Assembly: GCF_023055435.1 (NCBI RefSeq)
Contig: NW_025963890.1
Coordinates: 52,576,001 to 52,640,000, forward strand
Length of the DNA stretch: 64,000 bases
Origin: Haliotis rufescens
Lineage: Eukaryota
Reading direction: 5' to 3'
Shown here: positions 25,701 to 37,156 of the stretch, piece by piece
Numbering within the stretch: position 1 is the stretch's first letter
How the letters are laid out: the number at the start of each line of letters is the position of its first letter
Position numbers and translations under genes: made by a program
Notes under the pieces: model-generated
Seen by the model: only the letters and a program-made list of their open reading frames with translations
Database searches by the model: none
What the model was told of the DNA's origin: nothing

Positions 25701-28700
25701 ATGTACAAGACTACAGACAGTCTGTGTCTACATCTGTGGTATCGTATGTACACGATTACAGACAGTCTGTGTCTACATATGTGGTATCGTATGTACAAGA
25801 TTACAAACAGTGTGTCTACATCTGTGGTATCGTGTGTACAAGATTACAGACAGTCTGTGTCTACATCTGTGGTATCGTATGTACAAGATTACAGACAGTC
25901 TGTGTCTACATCTGTGGTATCGTATGAACAAGGTTACAGACAGCCTGTGTCTACATCTGTGGTATCGTATGTACAAGACTACAGACAGTCTGTGTCTACA
26001 TCTGTGGTATCGTATGTACAATATTACAGACAGTCTGTGTCTACATCTGTGGTATCGTATGTACAAGATTACAGACAGTCTGTGTCAACATCTGTGGTAT
26101 CGTATGTACAAGACTACAGACAGTCTGTGTCTACATCTGTGGTATCGTATGTACAAGATTACAGACAGTCTGTGTCTACATCTGTGGTATCGTATGTACA
26201 AGATTACAGACAGCCTGTGTCTACATCTGTGGTATCGTATGTACAAGACTACAGACAGTCTGTGTCTACATCTGTGGTATCGTATGTACAAGACTACAGA
26301 CAGTCTGTGTCTACATCTGTTGTATCGTATGTACAAGATTACAGACAGTCTGTGTCTACATCTGTGGTATCGTATGTACAAGATTACAGACAGTCTGTGT
26401 CTACATCTGTGGTATGGTACGTACAAGATTACAGACAGTCTGTGTCTACATCTGTGGTATCGTATGTACAAGATTACAGACAGTCTGTGTCTACATCTGT
26501 GGTATCGTATGTACAAGATTACAGACAGTCTGTGTCTACATCTGTGGTATCGTATGTACAAGACTACAGACAGTCTGTGTCTACATCTGTGGTATCGTAT
26601 GTACAAGATTACAGACAGTCTGTGTCTTCATCTGTGGTATCGTATGTACAAGATTACAGACAGTCTGTGTCTACATCTGTGGTATCGTATGTACAAGATT
26701 ACAGACAGCCTGTGTCTACATCTGTGGTATCGTATGTACAAGATTACAGACAGTGTGTCTACATCTGTGGTATCGTATGTACAAGATTACAGACAGTGTG
26801 TCTACATCTGTGGTATCGTATGTACAAGATTACAGACAGTCTATGTCTTCATCTGTGGTATCGTATGTACAAGATTACAGACAGTCTGTGTCTACATCTG
26901 TGGTATCGTATGTACAAGATTACAGACAGCCTGTGTCTACATCTGTGGTATCGTATGTACAAGATTACAGACAGTCTGTGTCTACATCTGTGGTATCGTA
27001 TGTACAAGATTACAGACAGTCTGTGTCTACATCTGTGGTATCGTATGTACAAGATTACAGACAGTCTGTGTCTACATCTGTGGTATCGTATGTACAAGAT
27101 TACAGACAGTCTGTGTCTACATCTGTGGTATCGTATGTACAAGATTACAGACAGTGTGTCTACATCTGTGGTATCGTATGTACAAGACTACAGACAGTCT
27201 GTGTCTACATCTGTGGTATCGTATGTACAAGATTACAGACAGTCTGTGTCTACATCTGTGGTATCGTCTGCCCAGCATCTGTTTCTATTGTCTTCTCACC
27301 TTTGTAGACAGCCTTGATGTCCTGGATCTCCATGTTGGACCTGGACACCAGGATGTCGATCAGGTGAGACTCCTTGGTGCCGAGTCTCTGAAACAACGCC
27401 ATCCTCATCATCAAAGTCAGTTCTGAGTAACCCAGCGTTCTTCAGACATTCATGTTACACAACACTAGGGTGTTACGCAGTCAACTAGTCACCTACCTTC
27501 ATGGCGTTCTTCAGACAGAACGCATCGAAGTACCTTGCCGGCATCAACAGATAGAGGCAGAGTGACTCGAAGTGACCCGCCAACTCCGACTTCAGGTCCT
27601 CAATCAGATCCTTGAAAAACAGAGAACTGTTTCAGTAAATAATAATTTAGTTCGCAGACAATACACTGTACAAATGTGTAGGAATGTGTTTAAATACTAA
27701 TCGGAATTTACATTTGGTGTGTTCTATCTAAACATGTGTAGGGTCTAAACACATGAAAGTATCTACAACAGTGCTCACAGAGTAATGGATGTCCAGGCTA
27801 GTATAACATGGCTCTGAATTTAAAACGACATGGTATCCTGGAACGACTGGAGTACCCTTTAAACATATTTTATTGACACATACTCCTTGCGTTGTGTTTT
27901 TATGAAATGTCAGTTAGTTCAGAAGATATATCATTCCGTCAATTCAGCAAATTAAAACCCGTCATTCGTTTCTCCTATAACACGGAAGTAAACGTACTGC
28001 TATACACAGTCATGCACACCGCTGTAGAGCTGTCTACGCCCTTGAAGGCAGACCTGCACATTGTAAGACAGTTTTAATACTTTTTCACACTCATGTTTTG
28101 TATTGCTTTACACACATACGAGGCGTGGATTCATTGCCCAACGTCTGTACTCCGTGCCTACAGAATAAAAGTACGTACCCTGCCGAAACATGTCTTGAAC
28201 TTGTCTTTGATCTCCTGCCGCTGGGCGTTATTGTGTTCCGTGAGAACCCGGATGATCTGGTGCTCGTCCGTGCCTGCAACAACCACGTCTCCATGTTCAC
28301 CGGCAGGCCAATGCATGGAGAGGGAAGGGTCAAGAAGCATATGCCATGCATCATTTTAAGGATGTTTCTTAAGTGGTCAGAGGCGCCGTAACTCAATGTG
28401 AAGAGTTGCGTCCCTTTACCGCCACTGACGGCGGTTGGCTCAATGTAAAGAGTTGCATCCCTTTACTGCCTGTTTCTTTGTTGTTTAACGCCGCACTCAG
28501 CAATATTCAAGATATATGACGGCGATCTGTAAATAATTGAGTCTGGACCAGACATTTCAGTGATTGACATCATGCGCATCGATCCACGCGATTGGGATTG
28601 ATCACATGCATCAACCAAGTCAGCGAGCCTGATACCCGATCCCGTTAGTCGCCTCTTAGGACAAGCATAGTCGCATAGCATGGGTTGCTGAAGACCTATT

Positions 28701-31172
28701 CTACCCCGGATCTTCACAGGTCCCTTTGTTAGGGCAGTGGGCTCAAGTTGCGTCCCTTTCCCGCCAGTATCTGACGGCGGTGGGTTTGACTCCTATGTAG
28801 GGATCCCATTTGAGTCTGTCAACACAATATTCGTGTTCGTGGGTTTGACAAAAGTGACATATAGATCTACTACCTGCGTCAAAAAAATTATCATAGCAAC
28901 AACCCAACTCACTCACGCAATGAATCTCATGCTGTTTTAGTGTAAGGAAATATAACCATGTGATGGCAGCTCAATGACTTAGTATTGTGTTGCCATACTC
29001 TACTGGACTGATGGGTAGCCAAGTAGTTATTAAAGCGTTCGCTTGTCAGGCAGAAGACCCAGGTGTAATTCCTCACATGGGTACAATGCGTGAAGCCCAT
29101 TTTTGTACTTCCCCGCCGTTAAACTGCTGGAATATGAGCTATAAAGATTTAAGTTCGCTAAAAATATTTGACTGTTTTGTTGACGATTTATTTTTGGAAT
29201 GGCAACAAAAAAATTTTTTTATTATTTATATATAAATGGCTTCCCAATCATGCAAATGGAAAAGTTAAAACGTGTTTTTGAACGTGAGATGAATGTATCA
29301 TATATACCTTTTGACCTAAACGGTAAGAGTTAAACACGGTTTGAGTTAAACTTCGTAGTTGTGGCGTTCACAGGCTATTTTAACCTACTCATAAACCAGA
29401 ATCTATATACGATATATGGTCTCTGCATTAACTAACCAAAAACAATTCCGACGAACAATAAAGAAAACTGAAGTGGTCTTACGTGTGGACGGACATGGGT
29501 GTCCAGTACACGAAGTATTGTTTGTTGTCTAACGCCGCATATCAGCAATATTCCAGCTAGATGACGGCGGTCTGTCAATAATCGAGTCTCGACCAGATAA
29601 TCCAGTGCTTGATACCATGAGCATCGACCCATGCAATTGGGATTGGATGACATGCATCAACTAAGTCCGCTGACCACCCGATCCCGTTAGTCGCCTCTTA
29701 CGACAAGAATGGGTTGCTAAAGACCTAGTGTAGCCCGGATCCTCAATGGTGAACGTAAGGCTGTCACGTGGCACTACACACAACGCACCACGTGTTGTAT
29801 TTTGGGATGAAGGTTGGACGCAGTGTTAAATTTACTCATTGTGGAAATACCAGGTCATTTCATACCATTAGGGACACCAACATTTAGAATTAGTACATGC
29901 ACAAACGTATGGCTTTGGACTGGTGAATGAACTCAGGGAACGGCTCTGTCGAGCGAAGCTTGTTGTGACAAAATATTCTGTGTGTTACACAAGAGCGCCT
30001 GGTGTTCTTTAGTCAGGTGTTGAACACACCCGATATTTCCATGTGGCGATGTGATATACAAAGCACATATCTTGACATCTTGATACATCTTCTGCAATAT
30101 TGGTCGCTATATGGCTGGAATAATGCTGATGCGACGTTAAATTTTAACTCACTCACTCTACAATATTGCCTCGTGTTCCTTATTTTCCGCCGTCAGTATA
30201 TGCGATAAATCTCACCCAGTCCCTTCATGGCCTTACGGAGGCGGCTAGCTGCATCCTCGGAGTTGAAGGAGGCGGGGTCCGTCCCTCGGATTGTACCCTG
30301 AAGCGAAATGAACACGTGGATACAGCAACGTCTTGAACTGCATCCCCTACATCTACTCCAGCTGCAGGTTTACATCTACATGATTGGATGGTAGTGGTAG
30401 AGATGAAAAATATATATAGATGTTTTTATCGACCTAGAATCTACATCCATATTTTTAAATATTATGTTAATTGTCAGAGACATGAATTGTTCCATGGAAG
30501 GGTCACTGATAACATAAAATTCGTTGAGGAAGAGGGTGGGTAGAAACTGTATCATTGTCGTTGTGTTGACGACAGGTGTTGCTTGCCAATTTCAATTGAG
30601 GACATTGCTTCTTAAAGACTTCCTCCCAGTATATACATATACACATAAAGATTATATCCTAACGCTGAACAGTGTCAAAATTTAACAGAAGTTGAAACTC
30701 TATACTTGGAAAAGGGCGTTCTAAAGTGTGAGCAATGATGCATAAATCGGATAAAAGGGAGACAACTGCGTGATCGCTGTGCGCATTCCTCCGTGGTTAC
30801 TGATGTGATATTGTGCAAGGATTAACGCGTATATTAGCGGCGCACGAGTATCAGGTCAGGTGTAATCCCGATATATTGTATCAGAAATCTGCGTTAAATA
30901 CGTACAGGGAGAATGTCAACTGTCAGTGGTTATTTTAGGGCCTTGTTTCCGCATTATCCAAACATTGTTTACATTAGCAACCAAATCTCCTCAGTGATCA
31001 CCCTTTCTGTCTCACTTGTACATCAAAAGCAGACGACAAACCCCACAGCAGACGACCCAACCACGTCACCCACGTGAGATAAGGCCTGTTATTACATGGT
31101 TTGATTGAGCATGTAAGTGGATGATTATGTCATATAGAATGTTTTACTCACTTGACAGTAGGAAGCAGCCAT
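19756..31172 (-). CDS. Annexin (four-repeat invertebrate annexin), 332 aa, 9 coding exons
   Basis: Exons 31152-31172, 30216-30297, 28179-28273, 27497-27610, 27300-27387, 23437-23588, 21861-22041, 21301-21413 and 19756-19908; GT-AG, 999 nt in frame. Motifs LRKAMKGLGTDE, DLIEDLKSELAGHFE, AMKRLGTKE, DLEDDIKSEVSGDFQRVL, GEGLRFSTDE, SMDGAGTDD, IKKDTSGDYRKLLL. Confidence 0.95.
19915..20325. mobile_element. Cluster of SINE family B fragments in both orientations
   Basis: Minus tail 19915-19965, plus copy ~19975-20157, minus copy ~20160-20325. Confidence 0.7.
20803..21082 (+). mobile_element. SINE family B, full length
   Basis: gacccgtgaagat...aggcgactaacgggatc...gctggaatattgctgagtgcggcgttaaac with a (CAAC)n tail. 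Confidence 0.85.
21105..21335. repeat. ~61-bp tandem repeat (3-4 copies) derived from the annexin exon 8 donor junction
   Basis: Minus-strand unit GCGTCTTATGCACGGGTAGTGTCCCACTCTGAG|GTACGTGGGG... versus exon end GCGTCTGATGCAGCTGGTTGTGTCCCACTCTGAG|GTACGTGGGG. Confidence 0.9.
21494..21780 (+). mobile_element. SINE family C (diverged)
   Basis: gattcgctgtgcagagttgcgtccc...gacctgcatcact...(ACTC)n. Confidence 0.7.
22100..22730. repeat. Degenerate CA-rich ~14-bp tandem repeat
   Basis: Recurrent taaaacacacaccg / taaaacacactg. Confidence 0.8.
22860..23465. repeat. 43-bp minisatellite (~14 copies) derived from the annexin exon 6 donor junction
   Basis: Minus-strand unit AAGGTCGACATGGGGTGGTGTATAAC|GTGAGTATCTGCATGTC versus the real junction AAGGCCGACATGAGGGAGGTGTATAAC|GTGAGCATCTGCATGTC. 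Confidence 0.92.
23715..27270. repeat. 45/43-bp minisatellite (~80 copies) filling annexin intron 5
   Basis: Unit ctacatctgtggtatcgtatgtacaagattacagacagtctgtgt, plus a 2-bp-deleted variant. Confidence 0.95.
28470..28722 (-). mobile_element. SINE family B, full length
   Basis: Reverse copy colinear with the 20803 copy. Confidence 0.85.
29010..29135 (+). mobile_element. Degenerate SINE family A
   Basis: gggtagcc...aaagcgttcgct...catgggtacaatgcgtgaagcccat. Confidence 0.65.
29518..29745 (-). mobile_element. SINE family B
   Basis: Reverse copy with ttagtcgcctcttacgacaag. Confidence 0.8.
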
Positions 31173-31431
31173 CGTTGCGTGTGGAACTGATCGATATCGT
31201 TCAGTCATGTGACCAGCCTGTTGTTCGGTGTTGCATAGTAAACCTGTCCATGGCTGTGGGATACACAGAATAACCTTCTAGTGCCTCTCCGTAGTGGGTC
31301 GAGAGGAGCGACATTGAACGCTTCACAACGCGGAGGGGGGACTCAAAGACGTAGCGACAATGATGTATTGAATTCGCCTCGAATTGAAATGATTGAAAAG
31401 TATTGACACACTATTAAATTAATAACCCAGT

Positions 31432-32710
31432 TTGTGTCAGCCTACAGGCGTATTACATTAACCCACTTTGTGTCAGCCTACAGACGTATTTCATTAACGC
31501 CTACTGTGTCAGCCTACAGACGTATTACATTATCGCTGACTGTGTCAGCCTACAGGCGTATTACATTAACCCACTTTGTGTCAGCCTACAGACGTATTTC
31601 ATTAACGCCTACTGTGTCAGCCTACAGGCGTATTACATTAACCCACTCTGTGTCAGCCTACAGACGTATTACATTAACCCTGACTGTCAGCCTACAGACG
31701 TTTTATATTAACCCTGACTGTGTCAGCCTACAGACGTATTACATTAACGCTGACTGTGTCAGCCTACAAACGTGTTACATTAACGCTGATTGTGTCAGCC
31801 TACAGACGTATTTCATTAACCCTGACTGTGTCAGCCTACAGACGTATTACATTAACCCACTCTGTGTCAGCCTACAGACGTATTACATTAACCCTGACTG
31901 TCAGCCTACAGACGTATTACATTAACCCTGACTGTGTCAGCCTACAGACGTATTACATTAACGCTGACTGTGTCAGCCTACAAACGTGTTACATTAACCC
32001 TGATTGTGTCAGCCTACAGACGTGTTACATTAACCCTGATTGTGTCAGCCTACATACGTATTACATTAACGCTGATTGTGTCAGCCTACAGGCGTATTAC
32101 ATTAACCCTGACTGTGTCAGCCTACAGACGTTTTATATTAACCCTGACTGTGTCAGCCTACAGACGTATTACATTAACCCTGACTGTGTCAGCCTACTGA
32201 CGTATTACATTAACGCTGATTGTGTCAGCCTACAGACGTATTTCATTAACCCTGACTGTGTCAGCCTACAGACGTATTACATTAACCCTGACTGTGTCAG
32301 CCTACAGACGTATTACATTAACCCTGACTGTCAGCCTACAGACGTATTACATTAACCCTGACTGTGTCAGCCTACTGACGTATTACATTAACGCTGATTG
32401 TGTCAGCCTACAGACGTATTTCATTAACCCTGACTGTGTCAGCCTACAGACGTATTACATTAACCCTGACTGTGTCAGCCTACAGACGTATTACATTAAC
32501 CCTGACTGTCAGCCTACAGACGTATTACATTAACCCTGACTGTGGCAGCCTACAGACGTATTACATTAACCCTGATTGTGTCAGCCTACAGACGTATTAC
32601 ATTAACCCTGACTGTGTCAGCCTACAGACGTATTACATTAACCCTGACTGTGTCAGCCTACAGACGTATTACATTAACCCTGATTGTGTCAGCCCACAGA
32701 CGTATTACAT
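31432..32710. repeat. 36-bp minisatellite (~35 copies) just upstream of the annexin start
   Basis: Unit tgtgtcagcctacagacgtattacattaaccctgac. Confidence 0.95.
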
Positions 32711-34254
32711 TTAGTGACAGGTTATGTATTGGAGCAGGGCGGAGGTCACATGATTATCAGGAGATGAGTTTCACAAGTGTTTGGGAATCAAACCCATTTT
32801 GTCTTCGAGATGAGCGTGCTCAACACCCATCCATCTGCAACCCAGTCCCGTAATGCCATTGTCTTTAAGACAAGTCGAAGCTAATACACGAGACCTCAAT
32901 AAAGGATATATTATAACACAGGTAAGTGGAATTATGTGTGGAATTACCAAGAATATTTGTTACATCTCTTCAAGTTAAACCACTCATGTTACATTCCTGC
33001 CCAATGACACACACGGACTGTTGCACGAATGTAATTATAGGATATGCACTCCCAGTGTAATATTGTCATGGAACACGCGATTTTTTAGCGTCTCTTCATC
33101 CATACTTAATACCCTAATGCTCGAGTGTGAAGTTCAGATGGGGGAATAACAGTTGGACCTGAACAATGTTTCAGTTCTTTACTTTAAATACACCCTTATT
33201 CTAAGTAGTGAACATCATGTAATAACATATTAATATGTATACAGTGAGATATAAGTAAGACAAGCCTCTCGCGTGCAGTTGGTGGGAGCTGCGTGTTTTA
33301 GGAACCATTTTCACCATCTAATCCTCCTTTTGTGAATGTAATGATTGCATGTTGTGTTACGACGTAAACAGAAATATTACAGCTATTCATCACGACAGTC
33401 TGGATGAGACATGGCCTTCCCAAGGGCGATGTTAGTGTCACGTAATCAATCCCCTGCACTAACGAGGATTCCATGGCAGCAGCGATAGCAGGATCTAGGG
33501 TCGATATGGAGAGCTCCAACCTAATGACACTAGAAAACACTGTCAGGAAGATTTGAGACCTCCATCGGTAAATGATTAAACCTTTTCTGTGAGGGTGGGG
33601 TGCCTAACATTTGAAGTTCCATTAGTGAAGAAATATCGAAAAAATAAGATATATAAAGGATTTATTTACGTACACAATTATATATTTTGAAAAGATGAAT
33701 ATGCGTCCCGCGTACCGCACAGCTGGGTTCCGAATACCCTCTAAATAGACCCCTGAATCGTTACAGCCAAGCCCCGGGAGACAACCTACGCCCAGGCTAC
33801 ACCCGAGCAACACCCTACATCCGACGACAAATAATACACAACCAATCACAGCAGTTAACTATTTTGATCAATGCAATTTACGTTTTAATCCACTATTGTT
33901 CCAGCACACCAGACGGAGACGGATCCCAGTCCTAGATAAACTGGCAGTGCGTCTTAACCTGAGTAGGGGTGTTAGTACATAGGACTGTGTACACGTATTT
34001 TCAGGATCCATGCGTCAACATTTGACTGAAAACACATGATGCCATTTAGCAAATGGTCAGATGTAACACATGTAATATTTGGGATAACACTTTCTTAGTA
34101 AAGTACAGGTTATAGTACTATTAAAGTACAAACATTTGTTACATATGACCACTTTCTAAAAGGCAATGTGCTCATATCTTTCGGCCATGGGAGCCGTGCC
34201 AATGTCCACTTATCAGAGGGCTTCACAAAGTGTCAGACTTTCATTTCTTGTGGA

Positions 34255-34400
34255 AGCCTTGGTGGCTGAGTGGGTTAGATCGCTAACTTTATGAGCTGGG
34301 GAGTAGGTGCCTCAGTGTGGGTTCGAATCCGGGATGGAACTCAAACCCAGAAGCACTAGTGTCTATAAGACAGTGTTATCCCATTTTACTGAGTAAAATG
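34255..34400 (+). mobile_element. tRNA-derived SINE-like element (different family)
   Basis: A box TGGCTGAGTGG and B box GGTTCGAATCC; no clean cloverleaf. Confidence 0.45.
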
Positions 34401-35939
34401 TGTCAATGTCTATCACTTTTACTGACATCAGCCTGAAAAGTACAAACTAGATTTTGGCAAGTGCCTGTCAAACGTGTAGGCACGTTGAGACTGAAGGCGC
34501 TTTGAGACTGTAGGCAATTTGAGACTGTAGGCACGTTGAGAAGACACCTGGTGCTGTGTCCAGGCGAGCTGCAATGCCACTGTCGTTGCTGCTGCTGCTG
34601 CTGGCAAGCGATGTGGGTTATTATATACGGCATATTATATTACGGCATCAGTAACTGCCCTACCGCCACGACGTTCACACCACCCCGTGTGATATTCAGG
34701 TGATCTTGATACGTTGTTTTGACGACGCAAACCGCCTGGTTACATAGCTATTTCTTGGACCAGGGAATCTGGATACGGGAGTGCTGTGAAGGTGCATGCC
34801 AGTAACGATGGCTTGCCAACTGTAACACTGATTCTGGCGACACACTGATGTTGCAACTGTCACTGCGACCTTGTTACCGTATTAAGTGATTTCACACCAT
34901 AAGTAAACCAGGTTTTAATGTGCACGAAAACCTCGAGTTCTTCGCTGATGATGTAATTTGGTATTCATGACCTTCTGCATCTCGTTGCAACAGGTATTGG
35001 AAAACAAAACGCAACTCTCTCACGATAAATTTGCCCTAAACCATGTTCTCAGCGCTTAATTATACAAGCTCATGCACGGAATAATTCCTGTATTGAAACA
35101 GTCCACGTGGAGATGTGGAGTGCCTGGGAACGGGTATTAAAGGGGTGCACAGTCCCCTCTCCTGGGAAACTCATTATGACGCAGGGGAGGTAATATGTAT
35201 TGATCAGGGGGTATTGATACAGGGAAGAATTCCATGCAACTGAAAGCGACAGTATCGGCGTGGCCATTACCAACAGATTAGGGTGGTATTAAACCAGAGT
35301 ATGTATGATATGATCCATGTGCAAGGGTTGTGGACGACTTGAGATTTATGCCACCCACATGCAAGGGTTGTGGACGGTATGAGATGTTTGCCATCCACAT
35401 GCAAGGGTTGTGAACAACAGCCAACTAGAAAATGAGAAATCATCTTTAAACATTGATTGTGAAGGCGTTACGTGAAAATGTAACAATTGTGAGATGGCGA
35501 AAGCAGTGTTTTAAATCAGATCTGGGCCAGGATAAAGTGTTCCATGAAATATGAAGACTTCCTGGTTGTAATGAAGCTTGTTGAGGAGAGGCAATGATAG
35601 ATGGTGTGTGCTGCCAACTGGATGTTTATATTGAATGGTATTCAGGCAAAGTGTGGGTATTCGAGTGTTTGATAAAGACGTGTTTTGGTTTCGCTGACAG
35701 CGGCCATAGCTCGGAGTGATAAACTGTGCTGGTCAGCTGAACATTCCTCAATGGCGAGGAACACAGTCCCCTTGAATGCATATGACAGAGAGTAATACTG
35801 TCACATGCATGTACTCCTATTGACCGCAGGTAAACAGAACCATTGATATCCATATTCCGCGCAACCAGCAGCAAAAACCAACATTGTGCGTGGTCAGAAT
35901 TGCCTGGTCACCTGTGGTGTGCCATAGTTTCCAGATATC

Positions 35940-36632
35940 AACAGGCTTGTCGCTAGGAGAAACACGTTCTTGCCAGACACCAACAGGCTTGTCGCTAGGA
36001 GAAACACGTTCTTGCCAGACACCAACAGGCTATCGCTAGGAGAAACACGTTCTTGTCAGACACCAACAGGCTATCGCTAGGAGGAACACGTTCTTGCCAG
36101 ACACCAACAGCCTGTCGCTAGGAGGAACATGTTCTTGCCAGAAACCAACACGCTGTCTTTAGGAGGAACACGTTCTTGCCAGATACAAACAGCCTGTCGC
36201 TAGGAGGAACATGTTCTTGTCAGATACAAACAGCCTGTCGCTAGGAGGAACATGTTCTTGCCAGAAACCAACACGCTGTCTTTAGGAGGAACACGTTCTT
36301 GCCAGATACAAACAGCCTGTCGCTAGGAGGAACATGTTCTTGTCAGATACAAACAGCCTGTCGCTAGGAGGAACATGTTCTTGTCAGATACAAACAGGCT
36401 GTCGTTAGAAGGAACACGTTCTTGCCAGATACAAACAGCCTGTCGCTAGGAGGAACATGTTCTTGTCAGATACAAACAGCCTGTCGCTAGGAGGAACATG
36501 TTCTTGTCAGATACAAACAGGCTGTCGTTAGAAAGAACACGTTCTTGCCAGATACAAACAGGCTGTCGGTGGGAGGAACACGTTCTTGCCAGATACAAAC
36601 AGGCTGTCGCTAGGAGAAACACGTTCTTTCAG
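35940..36632. repeat. 41-bp minisatellite (~17 copies) ending at a putative splice acceptor
   Basis: Unit aacaggctgtcgctaggaggaacacgttcttgccagatac; the last copy ends ttctttcag before a candidate exon 36633-36819. Confidence 0.9.
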
Positions 36633-37156
36633 CGTATCCGGAGGAAACCGGAAGTGAAGGACAGTGACGGTAACACCACGGAATATGTTTTGAAATGGAG
36701 TTTTCTATTATCTGTCTCAAAGGAACAACTTTCGAACCGTGTTTTACAAAGAGTATTTCGACATGAACTACATGTGCATGTTCAGGTGAACATATCGACT
36801 TGGACACGTCGCCATCAAGGTAAGAGTATGTTCACGAACGTTTTAATGTGTAAACCTAATAGCATATTCAAAGAAGGAAGGCATTTAAAAACGGCTCTGG
36901 AAACATGTGCTGAGAATCACCCTATAGTTTAGCCTTGGAGCAGTTTATTATTATGCATGTACAAAAGCCTTCCCCTTTTCTTTTCGCGAACACCTGGTGT
37001 CATCACTGATTTTCTGTGGTCCATTCATATAATTTCCACAGCTGTTTGTTCTTTATGCCAAATGGAATCTATTTCGGCAAAGAATCTTGGCTGCTTATTC
37101 TCTTGCATTGACAATTTATATATATTCGATAACGAGTTTTTATACCATAGGACATC

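Noticed and set aside
23616-27426. Long ORFs (372, 1236, 393 and 797 aa)
   Set aside because: Translations of a stop-free 45/43-bp satellite in all three frames, antisense within an annexin intron.
36498-36932. 144-aa ORF as a coding exon
   Set aside because: It starts in a repeat, and splicing in that frame to the 37151 exon hits a stop; more likely UTR.
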